Below are positions 19,981 to 30,587 of a stretch of 64,000 nt of DNA, in pieces (the first letter of the stretch is position 1; each line of letters begins with the position of its first letter). The translations under genes were made by a program, and so were the position numbers. Below the pieces are notes generated by a model. That model did not search any database. It saw only the letters and a program-made list of their open reading frames with translations, and was not told the origin of the DNA. This DNA is from an uncultured Acidobacteriota bacterium (lineage in GTDB: Bacteria; Acidobacteriota; UBA6911; RPQK01; JAPXNP01), in contig CAVZRV010000008.1 in assembly GCA_963777605.1 (NCBI GenBank), positions 64,001-128,000 on the forward strand. Direction: 5' to 3'.

Positions 19981-22900
19981 CTATCCCCGGATCGCTCCCT
20001 CTTCCGCTCCCTTCCCGCCGTCGAACCAGCGATAGATGGCCGGCAGCACGAGCAACGTCAGCAGGGTTGAGGTGATCAGACCGCCGATCACCACGGTTGC
20101 CAGCGGGCGCTGAACCTCAGCCCCGGGACTGGTCGACAACGCCATGGGAATGAATCCCAGGCTGGCCACCAGGGCGGTCATCAAGACAGGCCGGAGCCGT
20201 GTTTCAGCGGCCTGGCGTGCAGCCTCGAACGGGTCCATTCCCTGATCCCGCAATTGACGGATGTAACTGACCAGCACCACACCGTTGAGCGTGGCGACTC
20301 CGAAAAGCGCGATGAACCCAACCGCCGCCGAGATGCTTAAAGGAATGCCACGGTAGAAGAGGGCGAAAATCCCCCCAGTGACCGCCATCGGAACGTTGAT
20401 CAGGATCAGCGCGGTCATCCGTGCGGAGTTGAACGTGTAATAGAGAAGAAGAAAGATCAGGAGGAGAGCAAGCGGCACGACGAAGGCGAGACGTCGAGTG
20501 GCCGACTGAAGTTCCTCGTATTGGCCCGACCACTTGACCCAGTAGCCAGTAGGAAGTTTGACGTCCGATTCAACCCTTCGCTGAGCTTCGCGGACAAATC
20601 CAGCGAGATCCCGGCCGCGAACGTTGGCCGCGATCATGATGACGCGCTCGTTGTCTTCGCGACTTATCTGGGCTGCTCCCGGTTCGACCCGGATTCGGGC
20701 GACCTGTTCCAGGGGAATCTGTCGTCCGCGCGCGTCGCTGACGGTCAAGTCGGGAATCGCGTTCAAGTCTCTTCGGTCTTCTTCGGCCAATCGGACCTGG
20801 AGGTCGAAACGCTCCTCGCCTTCCAGGATCTGTCCGACGGTCCGTCCGGCAATCGTCTCCAGCACGTCCAGTACCTGCCTGACCTGGATGCCGTAGCGGC
20901 CGGCTGATTCCCGGTCCACGATCACGCGAAGGAACGGCTGGCCGGCGGTCTGCTCGACGCGAACGTCGGCAGCCCCGTCGACCCCTTCGACGGCAGTTGC
21001 GACCTTCAGGGCAGTCTCGCGCAGCACTCCGAGATCGGAACCGAACAACTTGATCGCAACGTCGGACCGGGAACCGCCAATCAGTTCGTCGAAACGCTCA
21101 CTGATCGGCTGTCCGAACGAGAGGCTGCAATCTGGCACAGCTGTCTCGAGGACCTCCGACATTTTGGAGGCCAGTTCCTCCTGGGACGAGGCCTTCCGCC
21201 ATCCGGACAGGGGGGTGAGGATGACGTAGATATCGCTCATCTCGAAACCTTGCGGGTCGGTCGGAACCTCGGCCTGGCCGGTCCTGGAGACCACTGTTTC
21301 GACCTCGTCCGGGAAGCTTGCCGTGAGAACGCCCTCGACGCGTATCGTGTTCCTGACCGCTTCGGTCAGAGAGACACTGGGCAGACGAATGTCGAGAAGA
21401 GAAAACGCTCCCTCGTCGAGTCGAGGCACAAAGACTGCACCCAGGCGGGGCGCCAGGCCCAGGCTGACTCCAAAAACCAGGAAAGCGACAGCGAAAGTCA
21501 ACGCCGGGTGCCGAAGCGTGAGATCGAGGATCGGCCGGTAGATCTTTCGGGCTCCGGTGAAAATCCAGGTGTGTCGCTCCCTTACCTGCCGGCCCAGGAA
21601 GTAGTACGAAAGGACGGGAACAACGGTGAAGGAGAGCAGGAGCGAAGCCAGCAGCGCCAGCAGAACCGTCGACGCCATGGGACGGAACATCTTTCCTTCG
21701 GTTCCTTCCAATGCCAGGATCGGTACATAGACCACCATGATGATGGCCACGCCGAAAAAGATCGAGCGAGCGACCTCACGAGCGGCAGCAGTCATCTGGG
21801 CAATGCGGCCCCGCTCATCCGTTAAATCGCTCCCTGCGAGCCGACGGACCAGGTTCTCGACCATGACAACCGACCCGTCGACGATCAGTCCGAAATCAAT
21901 GGCTCCAAGGCTCATCAGGTTGCCGGCGATTCCCAGTTGAACCATGCCGGTGAACGCGAACAGCATCGATAGCGGAATCGCTGATGCCACGATGAGTCCG
22001 CCCCGAATGTTTCCCAGGATCAGAAGGAGCACCGCGACGACCAGGATTCCTCCCATGATCAGGTTGTGAGCGGCGGTTCTGATCGTGTTCTGAATCAGGT
22101 AGGTCCGATCGTAGTAGGGCTCGATTGAGATCCCCTCGGGAAGTGAAGGCTCGATCTCCTTCATGCGTTGTTTGACCCGGTTGACAACAGCCTGGGGATT
22201 CTCGCCCATCAGCATCATGACGATTCCGGAGACGATTTCGTGCCCGTCCCGGGTCACTGCGCCGTAGCGGACCTTCGGAGCGACCCGCACTCGTCCCAGT
22301 TGGCCAACCCGCACCGCGGCACCGTCGGCAGTCGTCGAAACCATCGTCTGCTCGATGTCCTGGACATTCTCCAGCAACCCTTCTCCCCGGATCGCGTAGG
22401 CTTCGCCATTGTGCTCGATGTAGCCCCCTCCGCTGTTCCGGTTGCCGTTCTCGAGGGCATCGAAGACCTCCTGCAGGGTCAGGTGGTAGGCAGTCAACCT
22501 GTCCAACTGAAGTTCGACCTGGTAGCTCTTCAACTCTCCACCCCAGCCATTGACTTCGGCCACCCCAGGAACCGTGATGAGGCGCGGGGCAATCTGCCAG
22601 TCCAGGATGGTGCGACGCTCTTCAAGGGTGTAATCATCCCCCTTGACTTCGAACTGAAAGACCTCCCCCAGTCCGGTGCTGATGGGAGCCATCTCGGGAT
22701 CGCCGTAACCTTCGGGGATCGCCTGCCTCGCCTGGGGGAGGCGTTCCATGACCAATCGGCGTGCGAAATAAAGGTCAAGGTCCTCGTCGAAAAAGAGGAA
22801 GATGTTGGACAACCCGAAGCGGGACACCGAGCGCATCCCGGTGATCCCCGGTAGACCCGAAAGAGTCCTCTCGACAGGAAAGGTCACGAACTGTTCCACT

Positions 22901-23082
22901 TCGACGGCGCTCAACCCGGGAGCCTGAGTGATGATCTGCACCATGTTGGGAGTGATATCGGGCACGGTGCCGATCTGAAGGCGGGAGAGCGAGTAGAAAC
23001 CGGCGGCTAACAGGATCGCCGTCAACACTATCACCAGGAAACGGTTCCTGAGCGAAAATGCCACCAACCGTTCCATGGTCAA
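19981..23082 (-). CDS. czcA: CzcA/CusA heavy-metal RND efflux transporter
   Basis: VPDIT, GLGEVFQF, NLMSLGAIDFGLIVDGSVVMVEN and RLRPVLMTA motifs. Confidence 0.95.
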   Translation of the reverse strand: MTMERLVAFSLRNRFLVIVLTAILLAAGFYSLSRLQIGTVPDITPNMVQIITQAPGLSAVEVEQFVTFPVERTLSGLPGITGMRSVSRFGLSNIFLFFDEDLDLYFARRLVMERLPQARQAIPEGYGDPEMAPISTGLGEVFQFEVKGDDYTLEERRTILDWQIAPRLITVPGVAEVNGWGGELKSYQVELQLDRLTAYHLTLQEVFDALENGNRNSGGGYIEHNGEAYAIRGEGLLENVQDIEQTMVSTTADGAAVRVGQLGRVRVAPKVRYGAVTRDGHEIVSGIVMMLMGENPQAVVNRVKQRMKEIEPSLPEGISIEPYYDRTYLIQNTIRTAAHNLIMGGILVVAVLLLILGNIRGGLIVASAIPLSMLFAFTGMVQLGIAGNLMSLGAIDFGLIVDGSVVMVENLVRRLAGSDLTDERGRIAQMTAAAREVARSIFFGVAIIMVVYVPILALEGTEGKMFRPMASTVLLALLASLLLSFTVVPVLSYYFLGRQVRERHTWIFTGARKIYRPILDLTLRHPALTFAVAFLVFGVSLGLAPRLGAVFVPRLDEGAFSLLDIRLPSVSLTEAVRNTIRVEGVLTASFPDEVETVVSRTGQAEVPTDPQGFEMSDIYVILTPLSGWRKASSQEELASKMSEVLETAVPDCSLSFGQPISERFDELIGGSRSDVAIKLFGSDLGVLRETALKVATAVEGVDGAADVRVEQTAGQPFLRVIVDRESAGRYGIQVRQVLDVLETIAGRTVGQILEGEERFDLQVRLAEEDRRDLNAIPDLTVSDARGRQIPLEQVARIRVEPGAAQISREDNERVIMIAANVRGRDLAGFVREAQRRVESDVKLPTGYWVKWSGQYEELQSATRRLAFVVPLALLLIFLLLYYTFNSARMTALILINVPMAVTGGIFALFYRGIPLSISAAVGFIALFGVATLNGVVLVSYIRQLRDQGMDPFEAARQAAETRLRPVLMTALVASLGFIPMALSTSPGAEVQRPLATVVIGGLITSTLLTLLVLPAIYRWFDGGKGAEEGAIRG

Positions 23083-24332
23083 TCCTCCTCCGCCAGCGAA
23101 TCACGCAGCAGAACCGACTTGAGCTGGAAACTGCCGTCAGTCGCGGCTTCTTCCCCTTCCGACAGCCCCCGGGTAATTTCAACCCAGCCGTTGCCATGCG
23201 TGCCCGTACTCACCTCTCGTACCTCGAAGTGGGTGGGCGACCGGCAGACGAAGACAACAGTGCGTCTGTCGATCTCCTGGATTGCAGCAGAAGGGACAGC
23301 CAGGACCGAATAATCGTCCAAAACCGGTATCCTGATTGTCGCGAACATGCCCAGCTTCAACTGCCACCCGGAATTGTGGACGACGCACCGAACGGGGAGA
23401 GTCCGGGAGTCGGGATCCAACAGGTCCCCGAGGTAGGTTACCCTGCCAATGAATTGCCGTTCGGGATATGCGATGACCGAGACAGCGGCAGGTGTCCCAC
23501 TGCGGACCAGGCCGATGTCCTTTTCCTGCAGGTTACCCTGGACCCAGACATCCGAAATGTCGGCGATCCGGAAAAGGATATCGGTGGACTCGACGACTTC
23601 TCCGGCCACCGCTTCGGCCTCGGTGACGACGCCACCGATGGGCGCCCTGACGGGTGTGATCATGGGGCGATCGGTTCCAGCTTCGCGGGACGGCTCGGAC
23701 GTCCTCACCTCAGCGAAGCCGAGAAGGCGGAGTTTCCGGTCGATTTGCTCGATTCCCGTCCGAGCTTCTTCAATCTGCGAATTGGCCCGGTCCAGTTCGG
23801 CTTCCCGCCGCTGCCGTTCCGCCTCGGCCATAGCCCCCACCTTGACCAGGGCATGGGCCCGATCAACCGCCTCACGGGCTAGCCTGGACTCGATCTGGGC
23901 CTGCTTCAGGGAGGCGACGGCGACAGCTCGCTGAGCGATCAGGTCACCGATTTCGATGTCGTCATATTCCGCCAGGACCTGGTTTTTCGTGACCCGGTCT
24001 CCGATCGTAGCTGTAACCGACGTCAGGCGACCGCGTGTCAGCGAGCGCACCTCGGCAACCCTGGTTGCATCCGCTTTCACAACCCCGGTGAGGCTCACGC
24101 CACGTTCGAGACGGCGCCGCTCGAGCGCGCTGCAACGGATCCCAAGTCGCCGTTGGGTTTCGATTGCCAGATCTACCGAGGAAGGCCCGGCCGACCCGGC
24201 AGCGGCCTCCGAAGTCGGTTGTTCGTCCGGCCTCTTGCCCGAACCGCATCCCGTAAAGAGAAGAGACAGCACTGCTGCGCCGAGAGCAATCGACACCTTT
24301 GTGTGACAGAACTTCATTCGCTGTAGTTTCAT
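23079..24332 (-). CDS. czcB: CzcB-type RND membrane fusion protein
   Basis: Lipoprotein-like N-terminus (FTGC); GDRVTKNQ, APIGG and LKLGMF motifs; overlaps the czcA start. Confidence 0.9.
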   Translation of the reverse strand: MKLQRMKFCHTKVSIALGAAVLSLLFTGCGSGKRPDEQPTSEAAAGSAGPSSVDLAIETQRRLGIRCSALERRRLERGVSLTGVVKADATRVAEVRSLTRGRLTSVTATIGDRVTKNQVLAEYDDIEIGDLIAQRAVAVASLKQAQIESRLAREAVDRAHALVKVGAMAEAERQRREAELDRANSQIEEARTGIEQIDRKLRLLGFAEVRTSEPSREAGTDRPMITPVRAPIGGVVTEAEAVAGEVVESTDILFRIADISDVWVQGNLQEKDIGLVRSGTPAAVSVIAYPERQFIGRVTYLGDLLDPDSRTLPVRCVVHNSGWQLKLGMFATIRIPVLDDYSVLAVPSAAIQEIDRRTVVFVCRSPTHFEVREVSTGTHGNGWVEITRGLSEGEEAATDGSFQLKSVLLRDSLAEED

Positions 24333-24342
24333 CTCCGCCTCC

Positions 24343-25725
24343 CTAGCGCGAGAGCATCGCTGCGGCATCCGCCAGCTCGACCGCCGCCGATGCATACTCT
24401 TTCATCACCTCGTTATAGGTGAGTTCATAATCGATAACGCGCCGCTGCTCAGCCAGGACCTCACTGAAGGGAAGTTCTCCCAGGCGATAGGCTTTGCCGA
24501 GTGCGTCGAGAGTGACATTGGCCTGTTCTAAAACATCGGTCTCCAGTGACTGGAGACTATCCCGGGCGGCCCGGTATCGTTCGAAGGCGGTCTCTACCTT
24601 GCGACGCACTGATGCTTCCAATGCCGAGACTCGGAACTCCTGGGAGCGGATCCGCGCGAGGGCCGCGGCAAGGTTCCCCTGGTTTCTGTTGTGAACGGGC
24701 AAGTCGAAATTGATCCCCAGACTGACACCGTGAGAACTGTCCTCGATCGGAACCAGTTGTCCCGACGCGTTGAACCCATTGACGTCGAAGGCAAATCGGT
24801 CGTAGGAATAGCGGACAAATCCGACGACGTCTGAGACACTCTCGGCCTTCAGAAGAGCCATCTCCGCCCGGTTTTGCTCGACTTCGGAGCGGGCTGCCCG
24901 CAAGTCCGGACGTAGCGTCAGCGCCTGCGAAGTCAGCTGATCGAGTGACTGGGGAAGCTCCCGAACGACAATCTCACCGACAACGTCGGGAATTGTTTTG
25001 GCAGCCAGGCCGATTGCCTCGTGCATTTCGGTAAGAAACGCGCGGCGTCGACTCTGCAGCAATCCAAGTTCGGCCGCAAGCCGGCTCTCTTCTACCCTGG
25101 CCTGATTTAGGGATAGGGCAGGATCCTCTCCCACGCGAACTCGCTCCGCCACAATCTGTTCGAACTCGGCGGCCACGTCCAGGAGACGCTGTTGAGCGGC
25201 AATCTCGCGATTGGCAACCAGCACCTGGAGGAAAAGTGAGGTCAGCCGACTGGCCAGATTTCTCCGGCCATCAGCCAGTTGAGCCGCGGAGACCTGGTAA
25301 CCGAGATCGGCGACCGCGACCCGCTCCTCGCGCTTGCCGCCCCTCTCAAAGGTGTGGGAGTAGCCGACCGCAATGCCGCGATCGGCTGTCGCCCACCGCT
25401 CGAAGTCGGTATCTAATTCGACTTCAAGTCCCGGGTTCGGGCGCAGGCCGGCTTGCACTTGCTGACCGCTCGCAATGTCCAAATCCGCTTCCTCCGCCCG
25501 AATCTCGGGATTGCTCTCCAGGGCGTTTCGAAGCAACCCGGACAGGCAATCTCTCGCGGCCTTGTTGACCGGCAACAGTTTCAGGCCGGAGAGCTGAACA
25601 GCATTGAGATCGTCAACGCCCGGACTTGGCTGGCCAAAGACGGGGCAGGGAATCATCCCTACCGTACCCAGCAATACGAAAACGAAAAAGATCGGCAAAC
25701 TCAGCGTCGAGTTCCGGAAGTACAT
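24343..25725 (-). CDS. czcC: TolC/CzcC outer membrane efflux protein
   Basis: Signal peptide; ALESNPEI, AGLRPNP, RPDL, LPVHNRNQG and AYRLGE motifs; GGAGG RBS. Confidence 0.9.
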   Translation of the reverse strand: MYFRNSTLSLPIFFVFVLLGTVGMIPCPVFGQPSPGVDDLNAVQLSGLKLLPVNKAARDCLSGLLRNALESNPEIRAEEADLDIASGQQVQAGLRPNPGLEVELDTDFERWATADRGIAVGYSHTFERGGKREERVAVADLGYQVSAAQLADGRRNLASRLTSLFLQVLVANREIAAQQRLLDVAAEFEQIVAERVRVGEDPALSLNQARVEESRLAAELGLLQSRRRAFLTEMHEAIGLAAKTIPDVVGEIVVRELPQSLDQLTSQALTLRPDLRAARSEVEQNRAEMALLKAESVSDVVGFVRYSYDRFAFDVNGFNASGQLVPIEDSSHGVSLGINFDLPVHNRNQGNLAAALARIRSQEFRVSALEASVRRKVETAFERYRAARDSLQSLETDVLEQANVTLDALGKAYRLGELPFSEVLAEQRRVIDYELTYNEVMKEYASAAVELADAAAMLSR

Positions 25726-25863
25726 AGCCTCCTCCGATAATTGGGCATTTGGAGAACACTCGAACGAAACCTCCGAAGGCCACCTTCCCGATTCTCCAGC
25801 ACGCCAGATCACCGGCCATACGGGCTAGGGATCAGCACGCCGGAGAAGGTCGAAGGCGACCCT

Positions 25864-26367
25864 TCACACAGCTGCGGCAGGCAAACCTCGAGGGGGTGAA
25901 AGGAGTCCGGCCAGCAGGATTTCCTCGGATCGGGACAGGCAATGTTCGAACGACTGCTCGAGACCCGCTCGCAGGCACCCCGCCCGCGGAGGCGGATGGA
26001 TGTCCGCCCGCCGAAAAGCTCCCTCCAGTGTCAGAACGGGGTTGCCCGAAGCGAGGGGGTAAATTTGCTCAAGGGGCCTGAACTCGGAGTTTGCAGCTCG
26101 GGTGAGGACCTTGCCGTTACAGCAGAAGCAGTCATCGTCGGAGCAGGGTTCGTCCGGTTCCCGGTTAGAAGGATCGGCTGCCGGACTGAACCGGGCGCTG
26201 CCTTCAGAGGTACGATCCTTGCCAACATCGACAAACGAGGATGCCAGGACCGCGTGATCCGGCAGTAGTCCCGCCGCTTCGAGCTTTTCGGCACAGGGGT
26301 GCGTCATGTCGATCGCGGCCGAGACGAGGAAGAACAGGGCAACAAATCTCGACACCGTCCGGTTCAC
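25864..26367 (-). CDS. CzcI/DUF2946-like exported Cys-rich leader protein
   Basis: GTG start; signal-like FVALFFLVSAA; CSDDDCFCC; C-terminal HPPPRA and SPPRG; directly upstream of czcC. Confidence 0.6.
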   Translation of the reverse strand: MNRTVSRFVALFFLVSAAIDMTHPCAEKLEAAGLLPDHAVLASSFVDVGKDRTSEGSARFSPAADPSNREPDEPCSDDDCFCCNGKVLTRAANSEFRPLEQIYPLASGNPVLTLEGAFRRADIHPPPRAGCLRAGLEQSFEHCLSRSEEILLAGLLSPPRGLPAAAV

Positions 26368-26559
26368 TTCACGCCTGAGTATATGCCGAGAGGCGGGCAG
26401 TCGCAAAAAGGTTCCGAGGTTTCGGAGTCCCGGAGTCACTGTCCCGTACGTCCTGTGGTCACAGGTCCCATACCCTCTTCTCCCCCGGGTCCTCGTCGAA
26501 ACACAACTTGCCTGGCCGGCAACGAGACAACCTGTGATGCTTGTCCTACTATATGTGCC

Positions 26560-27159
26560 ATGCGAGAACCGGCAACTCGGACGTTGGACCAGAAGATCGT
26601 GAATTGGGCCGAGCAGCGCAAACTGAACGCTCTGCTCTCCAGCAACGGCATGGCCGGGAAAGCGCTGCTGGACGTTCCCTGCGGCTACGGGCGCTTCTGG
26701 CCCATGTTGGACACGCTCAGGCCCAACCTCGTCGGAATCGACCTCGATCCCGTTTTGGTCCACAAGGCTGCCAACGTCAACGGGCGCAACGGTGGAAGCC
26801 GGGCTGCGTGCAGCAACGTGTTTCAGCTTCCGTTCGCAGCCGACTCCTTCGATGCGGTGATCTGCATCCGTATGCTTCACCTGAATTGGTCGGATGCCGA
26901 AAGAGCAGCGATCCTCAGCGAACTGGCCCGAGTGACGCGTCGCCTGGTGATCATCAGCCTGTACCGGCCGACTCCGCTTCACGCCCTCTGGCGAATGGTC
27001 AAAGGAACTCCAGGGCGACTCCGCTTCACCAGCGACGAACAATTCTCACGGCTGTTGGAGCAGGGCGATCTCCGGCTTGGTTCACTCAATCCACTTTGGC
27101 ATTATCTCCACATGCAGACCTTCGTGGTCCTGGAGAAAGCGGGACGAATCAGTTCGTAG
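26560..27159 (+). CDS. Class I SAM-dependent methyltransferase
   Basis: LLDVPCGYGRF and LPFAADSFDAVICIRMLH motifs; start uncertain. Confidence 0.82.
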   Translation: MREPATRTLDQKIVNWAEQRKLNALLSSNGMAGKALLDVPCGYGRFWPMLDTLRPNLVGIDLDPVLVHKAANVNGRNGGSRAACSNVFQLPFAADSFDAVICIRMLHLNWSDAERAAILSELARVTRRLVIISLYRPTPLHALWRMVKGTPGRLRFTSDEQFSRLLEQGDLRLGSLNPLWHYLHMQTFVVLEKAGRISS

Positions 27160-27401
27160 CCAGGCACACGACCGTGTACGACCGGGCGGACAACCTGAAT
27201 GTCGAAGACCAATACCACGCCCACGCCAGATCGAGATATACTGCAGGCAGTTCGGGTCTTACGGGCCTTCTCCGGTCGGGTTTCAAAATATTGAAGCGTC
27301 AACATCAGCGGAGTAGATAAGTAGATTCCGATGTAGGGCAGGCCGGGAAGTTGCCGTCAACGTTCGGCCTCTCCGCCCAAGGAATGAACCGGCAACCAAC
27401 C

Positions 27402-30400
27402 ATGGAACAGCGCAGGCTCTTCATTTCTCATTCCAGCCAGGACCGGGAAGCCGCGCGGAAGATTGGTGAACTGATCGACCGGATGGGCTGTACGAGTTGG
27501 CTGAGTGGGTCAATTCCGGCTCATGACGATTCCTGGCCCGCGCTCGCCGGGCGGGCCATTTCGGACAATGATGCTCTCATCCTGCTCTGGTCGAGGGCAG
27601 CGGCCGATTCCGCTTCAGTCGAATTCGAATGCAGCACGGCCAAATCGTTAAACAAGCCGATCATCGCCTGCGCGCTGGATGATACCCCGCTCAATGCCGG
27701 GTTGATCCCCATGGAGCGCCTTGGGGTCGGGGAACTGGGAGACTCTTTGCCGGGGTTGGTTGCACGCATCCCCGGAAGCGGCCGAGGGCCTGATGAAGCC
27801 ACTGAGACGGCGCTCCTCGACAGCATCGCGTCGCGGGATGGTGGCCCTGGTGCTCCGGAGGCGACGATCGTGACTTCTTCGCCCGGGATCTCGAGAACGG
27901 AATCAGACAAGAGCGACTCGCCCGAAACTTTCGCTTCCACCGGCGAGCCGATGGCTCCGACGTCGGCCTCACTTACGGCCGGAGCGCACATCGGAGCCCG
28001 ATACACGGTGAAGCGGCGCCTCGGCCAGGGAGGCATGGGAGCTGTCTATCTGGTCCTCGATTCCGAGTTGGATCGGGATGTGGCTTTGAAGGTGATCCGG
28101 CAGGAGATCGCTGGTAATCCGGAAATCCTGGAACGGTTCAAGCGCGAGATCCAACTCTCCAGCGTGGTCACTCACAAGAACGTGCTCCGGGTCTATGACC
28201 TGGGGGAGAGTGGCGGCATCAAGTTTCTGACCATGCAATACGTGGAGGGTGAGAACCTGTCCGCGCTGCTGCGCCGGGAACGGATCCCCTGTGCCCGGGT
28301 TGTCAACATCTTCCGGCAGATCTGCGAGGCTCTCCAGGCCGCCCACGAGCAGGGCGTACTCCACCGCGACCTCAAGCCGGACAACGTCATGGTTGACCAG
28401 AACGGGCGGGTCTACCTGACCGATTTCGGACTGGCGAAATCACTGCAGCAGTCGGCCTTGACCCATGCCGGACAAATCATGGGAACGCCCGACTACATGT
28501 CGCCCGAACAAGTAAAAGGGGAACCGGTTGACGAGCGCTCCGACATTTACTCGCTGGGAGCCCTCCTGTACCAGATGCTGGCCGGCGAGGTCCCGTTCCA
28601 CGGCAATTCGATCTTCGAGGTGATGATTCAGCGGGTGCAGAATCCGCCTCGGCCGGTGAAGGAACTCAACCCGGATGTCCCTCCGTTTCTCGCCGAGATC
28701 ACGGAGCGCTGCATGGCCATAGACACGGAGGCCCGCTACTCCTCCGTTGACGGCATCCTGCAGGACCTGGACCGTGGTGCCGCGACCGGTGAAACCTGTG
28801 CCGAGACGCGGCTCCAACTGGGAGAGATTCGAAAGGGGCCCGGAAAGAAGTCGCGGCGCGGCGCCCTGGCGGCTGTGGCGGGATTGCTCCTGGTTGTCGC
28901 GCTCGCTGCGATCTACTTCTTAATGCTCCCGACCGGAACACGGGCGCCCGAGAATGCCGTCCTGCCGGACCGCAAGTACGTGGCGGTGCTTCCGTTTCGT
29001 GTCCTGGGCGACAAGGAACAGTTGGGATACCTGGGAACGGGTTTAAGTGAAGCGATTTCGGCCAAGCTGTTCCAGTTGCGCGAACTCCAGGTAGCATCAA
29101 CATCGGCCGTCGAGGGAGTCGAGGCGAATACTCCACTCCAGAGTGTCGCCCGGCAACTTGGGGTCAGCCTGATCGTTCACGGCACAATTCAGGGTTCCGG
29201 AGAGCGGATTGCCGTGACCGTCAAACTAGACGACATGGAATCGGGAAAATCGCTCTGGGCGAAATCCTACTCGGGACTGATTCCCGATCTGCTGACTCTC
29301 GAGGACCAGATCTATGGTGAACTCCTGAATCAACTTCACGTCAACCCGAGTGTCGAGGAGCGCTCCCGGGCAGTGACTCACTACACCGAAGACACTGAGG
29401 CCTACGACCTCTACCTGCGTGGTCGAAACGCCCTCCGTTCCAGGCAGAACGTCGGAAGCGTGCAGCAGGCCCTGGGCTTCTTCCAGGAGGCGCTGAAACA
29501 GGATTCCAATTTTGCCCTGGCTTACGTCGGGCTCGCGGATGGGAGCCTGGCGATGTATGACGAAACCAAGGGAGGAGACTGGGCCCAACGGGCGGTAGCC
29601 GCGGGAGAGCAGGCGCAACGGTTGAACCAGGATCTTCCCGAGGTCTACTTCACCCTGGGAAGCGTTTATCGGACCATCGGCCGGCAGGCCGAGGCGATCG
29701 CCGTTCTGAACCGGGCCATCGAGCTTGCTCCCAACTCGGACGAGGGTTATCGGCGACTGGGCGCTGCTTTGGTGGGAGCCGGGCGGACCCCGGAGGCACT
29801 GGCTGCCTACCAGAAGGCCGTGGAACTCAACCCCTATTACTGGCTCAACTACAGTGCACTCGGCGGGGCCCATTTCGAGATCGGCGAATACGACGAGGCC
29901 CTCGAGGCTTACCGGAAAGTCACCGAACTGGAGCCGGAAAACGTCTGGGGATATCTCAACATCGGTGCCGTCCGGTTCAGCCAGGGGAAATACGAGGAGG
30001 CGATTCCCGCTTTCGAGAAAGCGCTGGCAATCGAGCCGTCGTGGGACACGTACTCGAACCTGGGAACAGCTTACTTCTTCCTGGGGCGCTACGAGGATTC
30101 GGTACACGCCTTCGAAAAGGCCTACGAACTGAATCCCAACCAGCACGTCGTGGCCGGGAATCTGGCCGATGCCTACCGTTGGTCGGGCCGGAAGGACAAG
30201 GCCCAGGTTCTGTATGACAGGGCGATCAAGCTGGCTTACACCGACCTCGATGTCAATCCGCGGGACGCCAAGACACTGTCGTTCCTGGCTCTCTACTTCT
30301 CGAAGAAGGGAGACTCGACCAAGGCGGCCGACTTGATGCGCCGGGCTCGGACGCTCGACCCGGACAACGTGGAATTCCTTTACCACGAGACCGTGGTCAA

Positions 30401-30587
30401 TCTCCTTGGGGGGGACAAGGCAGGGGCTCTGAATTCGCTCGAAGAGGCGATCTCAAAAGGTTACCCGGTTGAGGCAGTTGAGAGAGATCCGGAACTTGCC
30501 ACGTTGCGCGAACTGCCCCAGTACGAGGCGATTCGATCGGCGGCGGAATCTAAGGAGCCTGCTTCCAACGCAAGTACAGTCCCGTAG
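27402..30587 (+). CDS. TIR domain - Ser/Thr protein kinase - TM - TolB-like - TPR protein
   Basis: LFISHSSQD..WSRAAADS..VEFE (TIR); LGQGGMG, VALK, HRDLKPDN, DFG and GTPDYMSPEQ (kinase); TM helix; VAVLPF domain; multiple TPRs. Confidence 0.9.
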   Translation: MEQRRLFISHSSQDREAARKIGELIDRMGCTSWLSGSIPAHDDSWPALAGRAISDNDALILLWSRAAADSASVEFECSTAKSLNKPIIACALDDTPLNAGLIPMERLGVGELGDSLPGLVARIPGSGRGPDEATETALLDSIASRDGGPGAPEATIVTSSPGISRTESDKSDSPETFASTGEPMAPTSASLTAGAHIGARYTVKRRLGQGGMGAVYLVLDSELDRDVALKVIRQEIAGNPEILERFKREIQLSSVVTHKNVLRVYDLGESGGIKFLTMQYVEGENLSALLRRERIPCARVVNIFRQICEALQAAHEQGVLHRDLKPDNVMVDQNGRVYLTDFGLAKSLQQSALTHAGQIMGTPDYMSPEQVKGEPVDERSDIYSLGALLYQMLAGEVPFHGNSIFEVMIQRVQNPPRPVKELNPDVPPFLAEITERCMAIDTEARYSSVDGILQDLDRGAATGETCAETRLQLGEIRKGPGKKSRRGALAAVAGLLLVVALAAIYFLMLPTGTRAPENAVLPDRKYVAVLPFRVLGDKEQLGYLGTGLSEAISAKLFQLRELQVASTSAVEGVEANTPLQSVARQLGVSLIVHGTIQGSGERIAVTVKLDDMESGKSLWAKSYSGLIPDLLTLEDQIYGELLNQLHVNPSVEERSRAVTHYTEDTEAYDLYLRGRNALRSRQNVGSVQQALGFFQEALKQDSNFALAYVGLADGSLAMYDETKGGDWAQRAVAAGEQAQRLNQDLPEVYFTLGSVYRTIGRQAEAIAVLNRAIELAPNSDEGYRRLGAALVGAGRTPEALAAYQKAVELNPYYWLNYSALGGAHFEIGEYDEALEAYRKVTELEPENVWGYLNIGAVRFSQGKYEEAIPAFEKALAIEPSWDTYSNLGTAYFFLGRYEDSVHAFEKAYELNPNQHVVAGNLADAYRWSGRKDKAQVLYDRAIKLAYTDLDVNPRDAKTLSFLALYFSKKGDSTKAADLMRRARTLDPDNVEFLYHETVVNLLGGDKAGALNSLEEAISKGYPVEAVERDPELATLRELPQYEAIRSAAESKEPASNASTVP

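Noticed and set aside
25864-27042. 392-aa minus-strand ORF as one gene
   Set aside because: Its 5' half is antisense to the methyltransferase; only the part from the GTG at 26367 looks like a real protein.
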